A stretch of 64,000 nucleotides of DNA, taken from assembly GCA_036826295.1 (NCBI GenBank), contig DAISWO010000002.1, positions 77,963 through 141,962 of the forward strand. The letters run 5' to 3'. Positions 1 to 10,192 of the stretch are shown here, one piece after another. Within the stretch, counting starts at the first letter, position 1; each line of letters starts with the position of its first letter. The translations under genes and the position numbers were made by a program. This DNA comes from Candidatus Saccharimonadota bacterium. GTDB taxonomy: Bacteria; Patescibacteriota; Saccharimonadia; Saccharimonadales; JAGQNJ01. Below the pieces are notes generated by a model. The model was not told the origin of the DNA. It saw only the letters and a list, made by a program, of their open reading frames with translations, and ran no database searches.

Positions 1-494
1 ATGAAGTACCAAAGCTTGAGAAGATTGTACTAAATATTGGGCTAGGTAAAGCTAAGGATGACAAAAAAGCTATGGAAGTAGCTACAACCACGCTGAAAAA
101 GATTTCAGGTCAAACCCCCGTTCAAACATTAGCAAAAATTTCTGTTGCCGGGTTCAAACTTCGCGAAGGTAACAAGATTGGTCTTAAAGTTACCCTCAGA
201 GGCGACAAAATGTATGAATTTTTGGACCGACTTATTAATATCGTTTTGCCAAGACTTCGAGATTTTCATGGATTAAGCCTAAAATCGTTTGATAAACAAG
301 GCAATTACAGCATCGGAATCGTTGATCAAACCGTATTCCCTGAGATCAACTTTGAAGACAGCCCAATAACACACGGGCTCCAGGCGATTATAGTAACTGA
401 CTCTGTTGAGAAAGAATACTGTAAGTTGCTACTAGAAAAATTAGGAATGCCATTTGAGAAAGAATTAGACAACGATAAAGGAAAGGAGAACTAG
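1..494 (+). CDS. rplE: 50S ribosomal protein L5, 5'-truncated by window edge (codons start at nt 3)
   Basis: Translation ..[36 protein letters not shown].. is continuous with ORF 72..494; sits before S14-S8-L6 as in spc operons. Confidence 0.95.
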   Translation, partial: EVPKLEKIVLNIGLGKAKDDKKAMEVATTTLKKISGQTPVQTLAKISVAGFKLREGNKIGLKVTLRGDKMYEFLDRLINIVLPRLRDFHGLSLKSFDKQGNYSIGIVDQTVFPEINFEDSPITHGLQAIIVTDSVEKEYCKLLLEKLGMPFEKELDNDKGKEN

Positions 495-496
495 CA

Positions 497-766
497 ATGG
501 CCAAAAAATCAATGATCGCTAGAGATTTAAAACGTCAGAAGATGATACGAAAGTATGCTGCAAAACGCGCAGAGTTGAAGTCTGTTGGAGACCAAGAAGG
601 GCTTGCTAGACTACCGAAAAATTCGTCACCTTCCAGATGGAATAACAGATGCCTTGAGACCGGTCGATCTCGAGGATATATGAGGACCTTTGGACTTTCA
701 AGAATTTCGTTCAGAGAACATGCAAATAAAGGAGAAATACCCGGTGTCACAAAATCAAGTTGGTAA
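497..766 (+). CDS. rpsN: 30S ribosomal protein S14
   Basis: [28 protein letters not shown]...; C-terminal [18 protein letters not shown] typical of S14; operon position. Confidence 0.93.
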   Translation: MAKKSMIARDLKRQKMIRKYAAKRAELKSVGDQEGLARLPKNSSPSRWNNRCLETGRSRGYMRTFGLSRISFREHANKGEIPGVTKSSW

Positions 767-770
767 TACA

Positions 771-1181
771 TTGAAAATCGTTGGGAGTACTTCTACGGAC
801 CCGATAGCAGATATGCTTAGTCGTATTAGAAACGCCATTTTAGTTCATAAAAATGAGATAATGGTGCCTCACTCTAAATTGAAAAAAGCAGTTCTAAAAG
901 TATTGGTCGACAACAAGTTCATCGTGAAAACCGAGGAAGTATCACTTGGGGTAGGAAAAGTACTTAAAGTAACTATAAATAATACGAATGAGAATGCCAG
1001 TATCACTCATATTTCACGGATAAGTAAACCGGGTCGAAGAATGTATGTTAAGTCTAAGGATATTCCTAAGGTTAAACACGGTCGAGGAATTGTAATTGTA
1101 TCTACTTCAAAAGGTCTCTTAACAGATAGACAGGCACGCCAACAAGCCTTGGGCGGAGAGTTGATTTGTAAGGTATATTAG
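771..1181 (+). CDS. rpsH: 30S ribosomal protein S8 (TTG start proposed; track ORF 690 overlaps rpsN)
   Basis: TDPIADMLSRIRNAILVHK S8 N-terminal signature; in-frame TTG at 771 just after rpsN stop. Confidence 0.9.
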   Translation: MKIVGSTSTDPIADMLSRIRNAILVHKNEIMVPHSKLKKAVLKVLVDNKFIVKTEEVSLGVGKVLKVTINNTNENASITHISRISKPGRRMYVKSKDIPKVKHGRGIVIVSTSKGLLTDRQARQQALGGELICKVY

Positions 1182-1182
1182 T

Positions 1183-1719
1183 ATGAGTAGAATAGGAAGA
1201 TTACCAATAACAATGCCCAGTAATGTAACTTTGTCTGTAGACAACGACGTTATTAAAGTTACAGGGCCAAAGGGTGAATTATCAGAGCAAATTTTAAGTG
1301 GTGTCAAGATTATCCAAGAAGAAAATTTAATTACAGTACAAAGATTATCTGATTCAAAAATTGACAAGTCGAATCACGGACTCATGCGCAGTCTAATAAA
1401 TAATATGGTTGTCGGTGTAACAGAAGGTTTCAAAAAAGAGCTTGAAGTAACAGGTGTTGGATTTAGGGTTGCGGTGTCCGGCAACATGCTTAAGCTGAAG
1501 GTCGGATTTTCTCACGATATCGAATACAAATTTCCTGATGGAATCAATGTATCTGTCGAGCAGAATAAGATCACTGTAGAAGGCATAAGCAAACAACAAG
1601 TAGGTCAGACTGCTGCCGAGATTAGGTCATTCAAAAAACCTGAACCTTATAAAGGTAAGGGTATAAGTTATGTAGGCGAAAGAATACTGCGCAAAAGCGG
1701 AAAGTCAGGTAAGGAATAG
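1183..1719 (+). CDS. rplF: 50S ribosomal protein L6
   Basis: MSRIGRLPITMPSNVTLSVDNDVIKVTGPKGEL L6 signature; operon order. Confidence 0.96.
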   Translation: MSRIGRLPITMPSNVTLSVDNDVIKVTGPKGELSEQILSGVKIIQEENLITVQRLSDSKIDKSNHGLMRSLINNMVVGVTEGFKKELEVTGVGFRVAVSGNMLKLKVGFSHDIEYKFPDGINVSVEQNKITVEGISKQQVGQTAAEIRSFKKPEPYKGKGISYVGERILRKSGKSGKE

Positions 1720-1728
1720 GTAAATATT

Positions 1729-2079
1729 ATGAATAGACTATTTGATAAAAAAACTAACTTACAACGAAGAAAAATCCGCATACGTAAACGCGTATCTGGA
1801 ACTGCAGTTAGGCCGCGAATGAGTGTTAGCATTAGCAACAAGAACATCACAGTCCAACTTATTGACGACGAAAAACACAATACCTTGGTCGATCTAAATA
1901 CATTCAAGATCAAGGATAAAAACATGTCAGAAAAAGCAATCCAAGCTGGTACCGAGATTGCCAAGAAAGCCAAGGCAAAAAAGATAACTACAGTGGTGTT
2001 TGACCGTAACGGTAAACTATATCACGGACGAATTAAAGCTCTTGCAGACGCTGCTAGAAAAGAAGGATTGGAGTTTTAA
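1729..2079 (+). CDS. rplR: 50S ribosomal protein L18
   Basis: [54 protein letters not shown]. Confidence 0.95.
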   Translation: MNRLFDKKTNLQRRKIRIRKRVSGTAVRPRMSVSISNKNITVQLIDDEKHNTLVDLNTFKIKDKNMSEKAIQAGTEIAKKAKAKKITTVVFDRNGKLYHGRIKALADAARKEGLEF

Positions 2080-2631
2080 ATGTATCAAAAACAAACTGAC
2101 AGAAAAAATGTATTTGAAGAGAAGCAATTTGACGAACGTATGGTACACATCGATAGGGTTGCTCGAGTTGTAAAGGGTGGTCGTCGATTTAGGTTCAGAG
2201 CCTTAGTAATCGTCGGGGATCACAAAGGAAAAATTGGTGTTGGTACATCTAAAGGCGCGGACGTGACGACAGCCGTAACGAAAGCCACAGATGTCGCTAA
2301 GAAGAATATGGTCCAGATTAGTTTATACAATGATACGATTCCTCATGAATCACAAGCCAAAGTCAGCGGAGCAAAAATTCTAGTCAAGCCTGCCAGTCCA
2401 GGTACTGGCCTAATCGCTGGTGGTGTGGTCCGAGTTGTGTTAGAAGTAGCCGGAATTAAAAATGCACTTTCAAAATCCTTGGGTTCAAGCAACAAGATTA
2501 ATATCGCATATGCGACGGTAGAAGCACTAAAAGCCATAGAACCTATGAAAAATTGGGTCACAACGGATGATAAGCCTTCGCAGAAACGACCAATATCAAA
2601 ATCAAAAGTTATTGCCGAGGTTAAAAAATGA
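2080..2631 (+). CDS. rpsE: 30S ribosomal protein S5
   Basis: [39 protein letters not shown]5 dsRBD motif. Confidence 0.96.
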   Translation: MYQKQTDRKNVFEEKQFDERMVHIDRVARVVKGGRRFRFRALVIVGDHKGKIGVGTSKGADVTTAVTKATDVAKKNMVQISLYNDTIPHESQAKVSGAKILVKPASPGTGLIAGGVVRVVLEVAGIKNALSKSLGSSNKINIAYATVEALKAIEPMKNWVTTDDKPSQKRPISKSKVIAEVKK

Positions 2632-3089
2632 AATACAACGAACTTGATCTAAAAAGTTACAAGAATACTCGTCGTAAAGGACGAGGTATTGGATCCGGTG
2701 CCGGCAAAACAGCTGGGCGTGGTACTAAAGGTCAGAATTCTAGATCGGGCGGCGGCGTTAGAATAGGTTTTGAAGGTGGACAAACACCTTTAATGCAGAA
2801 GATGCCAAAAAAACGAGGTTTTACATCCCACCGTACGAAACCTGTAGCAATTACTCTAGATAAACTAAGCCTAATCAAGGGTAAAGTCACAAATTCTAGT
2901 GTTTACGAAGCTAAACTAGTCAGTGATCTATATCTGCCAATCAAGGTCTTGTCAGCTAAAGAACCAATAACAAAAATGACAATAGAACTCCAAGCCATAT
3001 CTAGTGGAGCATTGAAACAACTAGAAAAAGCCGGTGGTACGTTTAAAACAATCGATAATCCAAAACGTAGTAAAAAAGAACAAGCCTAG
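2628..3089 (+). CDS. rplO: 50S ribosomal protein L15 (overlaps rpsE stop; no L30 gene between)
   Basis: [41 protein letters not shown]. Confidence 0.95.
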   Translation: MKYNELDLKSYKNTRRKGRGIGSGAGKTAGRGTKGQNSRSGGGVRIGFEGGQTPLMQKMPKKRGFTSHRTKPVAITLDKLSLIKGKVTNSSVYEAKLVSDLYLPIKVLSAKEPITKMTIELQAISSGALKQLEKAGGTFKTIDNPKRSKKEQA

Positions 3090-3136
3090 AGCTTCAAAAT
3101 CAAGTATTATAATACTATTAACTAATAGAGGGTTTC

Positions 3137-4630
3137 ATGAGCTGGAAAACAATATGGCAGTCTTTCAAGAACAAGGATATGCGAAAACGTATATTTGCGG
3201 TACTTGGAATGTTATTCATCTTCCGAGTTTTAGCTCATATACCAATTCCATTAGCTGACGGAGAAACTCTTAAACAGATTCTAGAAACCTTATTTGCTTC
3301 GGAAAACCGACCTCAGCTTCTTAGTTTTATCGATGTATTGTCGGGCGGTGCTCTGGCGAACTTTTCTATAATGTTAGTTGGGCTAGGGCCATACATTAAT
3401 GCCTCGATTATCATGCAATTACTAACGAAAGCTATTCCAAAACTTGAGACACTGAACAAAGAGGGTGAATACGGTCGCAAGAAAATCAATCAATACACTA
3501 GGATGCTGGCATTACCACTAGCCGTGGTGCAATCAATAGGAACAATCTTTTTAGTAAGGCAAACTGCCAGCCAAATTGGGGGGTTGGGCGATATTACAGC
3601 CAACACATCTATTTCGCAGTGGGCCTTGATGATAACAGCCTTAACTGGTGGTGCAATGCTTCTAATGTGGCTCGGAGAGCTAATAACCGAGGAAGGTATC
3701 GGTAATGGTATATCGCTAGTAATTACGGTAGGTATCGTCAGTATGCTTCCTAGCACCATTACTTCAATAGTAAGCGCTATATTCGCGGAAGGCGCACAAA
3801 CTCGGCTACTTGGTTTCAATCTACCAATCGACACCACAGCTCTGCTGTACGCGTCCTTAATCTTGGCAACAGTTGTGACGGTAACTGTGCTGGTAGTAAA
3901 GCTAAACGAGGCTTCAAGACAGCTTACTATTCACTACGCTAAACGCGTGCAGGGTAATCGTGCCTACGGTGGCGTTCAAACCACCTTACCAATTAAATTG
4001 ATAACTGCTGGGGTTATACCGATAATATTCGCTCTGGCCTTTTTAAGTGTTCCTAGCTTTGCAGGGCAGTTAATGAGCTCCTCGAGCAATCCAAATATCC
4101 AAGCACTCGGTGTCAATCTTACGCAATGGTTCCAACAACCCACCCCAGAATCATTTGCTAGTGGCGGTCTTCAACCTTATATATATCCATTGGTTTATTT
4201 TATATTAGTATTTGCATTTACATTCTTCTATACGAATATTACATTCAATTCACAAGAGATAAGTGAAAACTTGCAAAAACAAGGTGGTTTCTTCGCTGGC
4301 GTTCGATCTGGTAAACAAACAGAGAAATACCTATCTAGAATGGTTAACAAATTAACTCTCTTCGGCGCTCTTAGCCTTGGCGCTCTAGCTGTTTTTCCAA
4401 TCATTCTTCAAGCATTCGTCAATACTAGTATTGCCCTTGAAGGAACAAGTATCTTGATTCTTGTAGCGGTTGCTCTCGAAACTCTCCGACAAATTGAATC
4501 TAGAGCACTCATGGTAACTTATGATCAGTACGATCAACCTGATTTCTTCTATGATTCTTCAGAACCTGCCAACGCTGCTACGGGAGGAAGAAGACTAAGA
4601 TTTCGTGGCCGAAGCAAAATAAAAAAATAA
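3137..4630 (+). CDS. secY: preprotein translocase subunit SecY, with a roughly 40 aa basic/acidic C-terminal tail
   Basis: 497 aa polytopic protein; LGPYINASIIMQLL and GISLVI motifs; position after rplO. Confidence 0.95.
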   Translation: MSWKTIWQSFKNKDMRKRIFAVLGMLFIFRVLAHIPIPLADGETLKQILETLFASENRPQLLSFIDVLSGGALANFSIMLVGLGPYINASIIMQLLTKAIPKLETLNKEGEYGRKKINQYTRMLALPLAVVQSIGTIFLVRQTASQIGGLGDITANTSISQWALMITALTGGAMLLMWLGELITEEGIGNGISLVITVGIVSMLPSTITSIVSAIFAEGAQTRLLGFNLPIDTTALLYASLILATVVTVTVLVVKLNEASRQLTIHYAKRVQGNRAYGGVQTTLPIKLITAGVIPIIFALAFLSVPSFAGQLMSSSSNPNIQALGVNLTQWFQQPTPESFASGGLQPYIYPLVYFILVFAFTFFYTNITFNSQEISENLQKQGGFFAGVRSGKQTEKYLSRMVNKLTLFGALSLGALAVFPIILQAFVNTSIALEGTSILILVAVALETLRQIESRALMVTYDQYDQPDFFYDSSEPANAATGGRRLRFRGRSKIKK

Positions 4631-4633
4631 CAC

Positions 4634-4663
4634 TTTACAAACAGATACAAAGTAGGCTATAAT
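4634..4663 (+). promoter_or_regulatory. putative sigma70-type promoter for infA (TTTACA, 18 nt spacer, TATAAT)
   Basis: TTTACA 4634-4639 and TATAAT 4658-4663 read directly; 17 nt before ATG 4681. Confidence 0.5.
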
Positions 4664-4680
4664 TAGCTCTTGTTATATTT

Positions 4681-4902
4681 ATGACTAAACAAAAGGAAGT
4701 AATTGAGCTAGAAGGCAAAATAGTTGAGACGCTTCCAGGCGCTCAGTTCAAGGTCGAACTAGAGAATGGTCATCAAATTATAGCTCACGTCGCCGGTAAA
4801 ATGAGGAAATATTTTATCCGCATAGTACCCGGAGACAGCGTGACGGTCGAGTTGACCCCTTACGACCTAACTAAGGGAAGAATCACCTATCGCAAAACGT
4901 AA
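4681..4902 (+). CDS. infA: translation initiation factor IF-1
   Basis: [43 protein letters not shown].. Confidence 0.96.
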   Translation: MTKQKEVIELEGKIVETLPGAQFKVELENGHQIIAHVAGKMRKYFIRIVPGDSVTVELTPYDLTKGRITYRKT

Positions 4903-4991
4903 TATTAAAGCAGTGTGTTCGTGTAAAGCGAATCCGCATCAATCGTTTACAGCTAAACGATAACCCAATTAAGAGAGGAATATCTAACGGG

Positions 4992-5108
4992 ATGAAAGTG
5001 CGTGCAAGTGTAAAAAAGATTAGTCCAGATGACAAAGTAGTTCGCCGTAAAGGACGAGTCTACATTATTAATAAGCTAAAACCTAAGCATAAACAGAGGC
5101 AAGGCTAA
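4992..5108 (+). CDS. rpmJ: 50S ribosomal protein L36 (38 aa; below the ORF-track size cutoff)
   Basis: Hand translation [38 protein letters not shown]; between infA and rpsM as expected. Confidence 0.9.
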   Translation: MKVRASVKKISPDDKVVRRKGRVYIINKLKPKHKQRQG

Positions 5109-5110
5109 AC

Positions 5111-5497
5111 ATGGCAAGAATTTCTGGAGTTACTATTCCAACTGATAAACAGATAGAGATTGCCTTGACTTACGTGTATGGCATCGGCCGAAAAACAAGC
5201 CACGATATCGTAGAAAAAGCGAAGATTGATCCTACTATCAGAGTTAAGGATTTAACAGACAGTGAGATCTCTAAGATTCAAGATGTAATTAACGAAAATT
5301 ATTCGGTTGAAGGTGATTTACAACGTGTTGTAACCACTAACATTAAAAGACTTAAGGATATCGGATCGTATCGAGGATTAAGACATCAACGAAGCCTACC
5401 GAGCAGGGGTCAAAGAACAAGGACTAATGCAAGAACCCGTAGAGGCAAAAAAGTTACCGTAGGTGGCACTAAAGTAAAGGCAGCTACAAAGACATAG
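5111..5497 (+). CDS. rpsM: 30S ribosomal protein S13
   Basis: [30 protein letters not shown].. Confidence 0.96.
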   Translation: MARISGVTIPTDKQIEIALTYVYGIGRKTSHDIVEKAKIDPTIRVKDLTDSEISKIQDVINENYSVEGDLQRVVTTNIKRLKDIGSYRGLRHQRSLPSRGQRTRTNARTRRGKKVTVGGTKVKAATKT

Positions 5498-5504
5498 GCA
5501 ATTT

Positions 5505-5963
5505 ATGAAAGACGACAACAAAACAATCGAAACACCAGAAATTATCGACGATAACGCAGCGGAGAAAGCTGTAGCTGTTGCTCCTGCCACGAAGCGGAAA
5601 AAAGTAAAAAGAACTGTTCCTTACGGTCAGATGCATATCCTAGCTACGTTCAATAACACAATTATCACTTTTACTGATTCTAAAGGCAATGCATTGACAT
5701 ATAGTAGTGCAGGAGCATGTGGCTTTAGAGGATCGAAAAAAGGCACAGCCTATGCAGCCCAAATCGCCGCAGAAAAAGCCGCCAACGCAGCAAAGCAAAA
5801 CTTTGGTTTATCTAAAGTAGATATATTCGTAAAAGGCGTTGGACTAGGACGAGAAGCAGCAATTCGCACACTGATTAACGCAAATATTAAAGCGGAGAGT
5901 ATTGCAGACGTTACTGGCGTACCTCACGGTGGTGTTAGACCAAAGAAAGCACGGAGAGTATAG
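5505..5963 (+). CDS. rpsK: 30S ribosomal protein S11 with a roughly 30 aa N-terminal extension
   Basis: GQMHILATFNNTIITFTDSKGNALTYSSAGACGFRGSKKGTAYAAQ. Confidence 0.94.
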   Translation: MKDDNKTIETPEIIDDNAAEKAVAVAPATKRKKVKRTVPYGQMHILATFNNTIITFTDSKGNALTYSSAGACGFRGSKKGTAYAAQIAAEKAANAAKQNFGLSKVDIFVKGVGLGREAAIRTLINANIKAESIADVTGVPHGGVRPKKARRV

Positions 5964-6584
5964 ATGGCCCGAGATAGAAGCAGTATAGTAAAGCAAAGTC
6001 GACGTGAAGGTTATGCCTTGCATCCAAAAGCTCATAAAGCCCTAGTAAAGAAAACTTCGCTACCTGGTAAAGCACCAAATTACCGAGCAAGGAACAAAGA
6101 CAGCCAATATTCACTACAGTTACGAGAAAAGCAAAAAGTAAAACGACTTTACGGACTCTTAGAAAAACAATTCAGGAAATTAATGAAAGAAGCTAGCGCA
6201 ACTAAAGGTCAATCTGGCGAAACACTACTAAAGTATCTAGAACAACGCGCAGATAATGTAGTCTACCGATCAAGTTTTGCGACAAGCCGTCGCGCAGCTA
6301 GACAGCTAGTTACACACGGGCATTTTGAATTAAATGGCAAAAGATTTGATATTCCATCGATCAGAATTAATCCGGGCGACGTACTAACTGTTCGCGATAA
6401 AAGTAAAAAATCCGAGTACTTTAAACTAATTGATGATCTTAGTCCTGCAGGAGCAGAAGGATCAATCAGTTGGTTGAAAGTAAATAGAAAGAAACTTGAA
6501 GTATCTGTTACGGCCCTCCCGCCGCGCGAAGAAGCCGAACCAGATATTAACGAGCAATTAATAGTAGAGTATTACTCACGATAA
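5964..6584 (+). CDS. rpsD: 30S ribosomal protein S4
   Basis: QLREKQKVKRLYGLLEKQFRK..RADNVVYRSSFATSRRAARQLVTHGHF. Confidence 0.95.
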   Translation: MARDRSSIVKQSRREGYALHPKAHKALVKKTSLPGKAPNYRARNKDSQYSLQLREKQKVKRLYGLLEKQFRKLMKEASATKGQSGETLLKYLEQRADNVVYRSSFATSRRAARQLVTHGHFELNGKRFDIPSIRINPGDVLTVRDKSKKSEYFKLIDDLSPAGAEGSISWLKVNRKKLEVSVTALPPREEAEPDINEQLIVEYYSR

Positions 6585-6601
6585 GGGAGGTGAGCAGTCA
6601 A

Positions 6602-7537
6602 ATGTCAAAATCAATTTATACACCAGGAGTAGTCACCGTCGACGATCACAGCAAAACAAGTGCAACGTTCGTCATAGAACCGCTTCATACCGGTTACGGA
6701 ATGACTCTAGGAAACAGCCTCCGAAGAGTACTATTATCTAGTATCTCTGGAGCATCAATCACAGCATTTAAAATAGAAGGCGTAACTCACGAATTCACAG
6801 GTGTTCCAGGAATCAAAGAAGACGCTGTCGATATTATGCAAAATCTTAAAGGCGTCAACTTTAAGGTCTTCAGCGAAGAGCCACAAACACTCCGAATTGT
6901 TAAAAAAGGTAGCGGAGCAGTTACGGCAAAAGATATTGAAGTGAATGCGGATGTTGAGATAGTTAATCCAAAGCACGTTATATGTACTATCGATGACTCC
7001 AAAGGATCATTTGTTGCTGACATTGTAGTAGAAACAGGTAGAGGCTATCGTCCGATCGAGGAAGGCGCACTTCGAAAGCCAAGTGATATGATTGCAATTG
7101 ACGCAATCTTTGGACCAGTACAGAGGGTGAGATATAAAGTTGAGCATACACGTGTTGGACAAATGACTGACCTAGATAAATTAATTATCGACGTAGACAC
7201 TGACGGCTCTATTACTCCTAGCGATGCTTTTGAAGAAGCAGCAGCAATCTTAGTTAACCAATACACAGCTCTAGCCGGCCAAACAAGAGTTAAAGCTGCG
7301 GCACCAATTACTGCAGAACCAGAAATTGAAAATGCCGTGGAAGAACAGACTGAGCTAATGACACCTATAGAGGATCTAAATCTTTCGGCACGAACAACTA
7401 ATGCGCTAGTGAATAACGATATTCACACACTTAAAGACCTTTTTAGTCTAAGCGACATAGAACTTCGCGAGCTGAAGGGCTTTGGATCAAAAGCACTAGA
7501 TGAAGTAAAAGATAAAATGGCGGAGTTGGAGCTTTAA
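6602..7537 (+). CDS. rpoA: DNA-directed RNA polymerase alpha subunit (ATG 6602 preferred; GTG 6590 abuts the SD)
   Basis: GYGMTLGNSLRRVLLSSISGASITAFKIEGV; C-terminal LNLSARTTNALVNNDIHTLKDL; SD AAGGGAGG 6583-6590. Confidence 0.94.
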   Translation: MSKSIYTPGVVTVDDHSKTSATFVIEPLHTGYGMTLGNSLRRVLLSSISGASITAFKIEGVTHEFTGVPGIKEDAVDIMQNLKGVNFKVFSEEPQTLRIVKKGSGAVTAKDIEVNADVEIVNPKHVICTIDDSKGSFVADIVVETGRGYRPIEEGALRKPSDMIAIDAIFGPVQRVRYKVEHTRVGQMTDLDKLIIDVDTDGSITPSDAFEEAAAILVNQYTALAGQTRVKAAAPITAEPEIENAVEEQTELMTPIEDLNLSARTTNALVNNDIHTLKDLFSLSDIELRELKGFGSKALDEVKDKMAELEL

Positions 7538-7539
7538 AG

Positions 7540-8013
7540 ATGCATCGTCACGGATATCAAGGAAGAAAGTTTGGAAGAGAGCGCGACCAGCGCAAGTCTC
7601 TAATTAAATCGTTGGCTGATTCTTTGATACTCCACGAATCAATTGAGACAACTCTAGAAAAAGCTAAAGAAGTTAACCCATATGTTGAAAAACTAATAAC
7701 TAAAGCCAAAAAAGGCGGGCTAGCTAACCGACGATACATTATCGCTCATCTTCAGACAAAAGAAGCATCGCACAAACTTGTTGATGGTATTGCCCCTCAA
7801 CTAACTGCTAGAAACAGTGGTCATCTAAGAATTGTCAAAACTTCATCAAGGCGTGGAGATAATGCACAGCTAGCCAGAATCAGCTTCGTTGATGAACTCA
7901 AACAAATCACAGCTGAGACAACTACAGAGAAGCCAAGCACTACAGTGAAGCCGAAAAAAACTGTTACTAAAAAGACAGTAGCAAAAAAACCAGTTAAGGC
8001 GGAGAAGAAATAG
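7540..8013 (+). CDS. rplQ: 50S ribosomal protein L17 with Lys-rich C-terminal tail
   Basis: MHRHGYQGRKFGRERDQRKSLIKSLADSLILHESIETTLEKAKE. Confidence 0.94.
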   Translation: MHRHGYQGRKFGRERDQRKSLIKSLADSLILHESIETTLEKAKEVNPYVEKLITKAKKGGLANRRYIIAHLQTKEASHKLVDGIAPQLTARNSGHLRIVKTSSRRGDNAQLARISFVDELKQITAETTTEKPSTTVKPKKTVTKKTVAKKPVKAEKK

Positions 8014-8454
8014 ATGAAAACTTACAGTGCAAAAAATACGGACGTAGAGCGCAAATGGTGGCTTGTTGACGCCTCAGACCTAACTTTAGGAAGATTATCG
8101 ACAGCTATTGCACAAAAGCTAACTGGTAAAGAAAAGCCTATGTTCACGCCTCACGTTGATTGCGGAGACTACGTAGTCGTCATTAACTCTGATAAATTAG
8201 TTGTAACGGGCGATAAACTAAACAAAAAGACGTATTATCGTCACAGTGGATTCCCGGGTAACCTTAAAGAATCAAGCCTTCAAGAGCAAATAGATAAAGA
8301 TTCTCGAAATGTAATCATATATTCAGTTAAGGGCATGTTGCCAAAGAATAAACTGCAGGACCCTAGGATCAAAAGACTTAAGGTATATGCCGGTCCTGAA
8401 CACGATAATACGGCACAACAGCCAACAACTCTAAATCTTAAGGAAGGTAAATAA
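8014..8454 (+). CDS. rplM: 50S ribosomal protein L13
   Basis: ERKWWLVDASDLTLGRLSTAIAQKLTGKEKPMFTPHVDCGDYVVVIN. Confidence 0.95.
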   Translation: MKTYSAKNTDVERKWWLVDASDLTLGRLSTAIAQKLTGKEKPMFTPHVDCGDYVVVINSDKLVVTGDKLNKKTYYRHSGFPGNLKESSLQEQIDKDSRNVIIYSVKGMLPKNKLQDPRIKRLKVYAGPEHDNTAQQPTTLNLKEGK

Positions 8455-8855
8455 TGGCTACAAAAAATGCTTACTTTTATGGCCTCGGGCGACGTAAAAG
8501 CGCCTCAGCACGAGTGAGAATAACTGGGGGCACTGGCAAATTTACGATAAATGACAAAACTTCAGAGGAATATTTTGCAAATAGCAAAAACCTACTTAGC
8601 GAGTTAACAAAACCTTTTACAGTGGTAGATCTTGTCAACAAATTTGATGTTAGTGTAAAAGTTATCGGCGGAGGTCATAGTGGCCAAGCAGATGCCATTA
8701 TCCTAGGTATTTCAAAAGCACTAGCAGTTATGAATGAAGATCTTAGAAGTACGCTCCGCCGTGCTGACCTGCTTGGTCGTGATCCAAGAGAAAAAGAACG
8801 CAAGAAGTTCGGTCTCAAAGGCGCGCGAAAGCAACGACAATTCACAAAGCGTTAA
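8454..8855 (+). CDS. rpsI: 30S ribosomal protein S9
   Basis: YGLGRRKSASARVRI..GGGHSGQADAIILGISKAL..RKKFGLKGARKQRQFTKR. Confidence 0.95.
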   Translation: MATKNAYFYGLGRRKSASARVRITGGTGKFTINDKTSEEYFANSKNLLSELTKPFTVVDLVNKFDVSVKVIGGGHSGQADAIILGISKALAVMNEDLRSTLRRADLLGRDPREKERKKFGLKGARKQRQFTKR

Positions 8856-8878
8856 GCTTTTAGTGTTACAATTTATTC

Positions 8879-9079
8879 ATGGAACAAAACCCTAGTAAAT
8901 GTAATGATGCTCGTGTTGTACATGATATCCAGATGCCAGGAGAACTAGTCGATGGTACTCTATATGACATGCTCCCTGAGGTCACGCCAGAACAGCAAGC
9001 AAAATTCGATAGACTTTCGGCACTTGATGAAGAAATGAAAAGAGCTGGTCCAGATTTTAGCATCCACATTAATACTTGA
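8879..9079 (+). CDS. hypothetical protein (66 aa)
   Basis: ORF only; no recognisable motif. Confidence 0.35.
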   Translation: MEQNPSKCNDARVVHDIQMPGELVDGTLYDMLPEVTPEQQAKFDRLSALDEEMKRAGPDFSIHINT

Positions 9080-9215
9080 CATAAAATCTATAAAGCTGTA
9101 TTGTCTTATGGTTATGTTACGAAACATTATAAATAGCACTTATTGGTTTACCTCCAAATATTCATGGCGGCAAACTTCGTATTGTCTATAAAATAACAAA
9201 ATATCAAGAAATTTT

Positions 9216-9238
9216 AACCGCCACACAGGCGGTTTTTT
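9216..9238 (+). terminator. Rho-independent terminator-like hairpin
   Basis: AACCGCC-acaca-GGCGGTT followed by a T-run. Confidence 0.55.
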
Positions 9239-9260
9239 AATATTTAAAGGGGAAACTATT

Positions 9261-9521
9261 ATGTCAGAACCAGAACTAATAACTGAAAGAATTACGGCAG
9301 GCTTGCCGGCTCGGATAGAATCAATACCAAACGGATTACTTAATGCTCTCGGACAAGGAGTAATCAAAAACTCTGATTTAGTGCCAAATATTGTAGCTCA
9401 GATAAGCAGCGGCAATCGCCCAGACGTTGATCCGCCGTTGAATATTCACGAACAAGTAGCCCGCACTAAGCACATAAATCAGTTAGCATCTAACTGCGTC
9501 GCGCAGTTTTTAACACAATAA
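9261..9521 (+). CDS. hypothetical protein (86 aa)
   Basis: ORF with AGGGGA-like SD 8 nt upstream; no motif. Confidence 0.4.
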   Translation: MSEPELITERITAGLPARIESIPNGLLNALGQGVIKNSDLVPNIVAQISSGNRPDVDPPLNIHEQVARTKHINQLASNCVAQFLTQ

Positions 9522-9540
9522 GAATTTAGGAGAGAATAAA

Positions 9541-10192
9541 ATGAAATTTACACTTACAACACCTGATCAGCTTGATAAAGCTGACATAGACAAATTAAGT
9601 TACATCGCTCAAGCAGGTTTTGAGCGGATTGGCGACCCATCAATGCACGAAGATACACTGCGTCACGTCGCTGAAGCAGAAATGTTACAGGTTATAGAAT
9701 CAGAAGGAAAACCGGTTGCATTTTCTATGTATCAGAGGTGTCTTTGGCAATGAAGCTATAGAAGCAGCTGGAATTGCAGTTTTACCAGGGTTCCAACGAC
9801 AAGGAATCGCCACAACAGCGTTTAGGGCACTCATCGAAGTAGAAAGACCTAGACACTTAACGGCGTACACGCGTAACCCAGCGCTCATTAAGGCTGTAGC
9901 TGAAGCATGTGGACTTGGGAATACATTTCCTTTTAACAGGGAGAATAGATCGGCAGCCATCGCTGCAGCTAACATGGCTAACGCGACTCTCTACATGGGA
10001 GATAATGGACGACAAGTCTTTCATGAGAACCGCTACTGTATACCTGGACTGTCCGGGCTATACGGTGGCGATGATCCTGCCGAGCGAACCCTTCGTTATG
10101 ACGGCCGGAGCTTAAAAGAAGAATTTACTATGCTAGAGCATGTAGGTAACGCCTTGATTGTTGCAGCTACTTTGGAGTACTCAAATGACTAA
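9541..10192 (+). pseudogene. GNAT-family N-acetyltransferase split by a 1-nt frameshift near 9735-9750 (ORFs 9541..9753 and 9716..10192)
   Basis: Frame 1 ends ..EGKPVAFSMYQRCLWQ*. Frame 2 continues ..GVFGNEAIEAAGIAVLPGFQRQGIATTAFRALI, the GNAT motif A (Q/R-x-x-G-x-A). Confidence 0.55.

Noticed and set aside
535-771. Antisense ORFs inside well-supported genes. Examples: 535..771, 1119..1367, 1668..1973, 3490..3837, 6755..7266, 13471..14118, 24964..25368, 27968..28414, 54553..55149, 58737..59078.
   Set aside because: They lie opposite strongly supported CDSs and have low-complexity or odd composition and no motifs. These are typical shadow ORFs.
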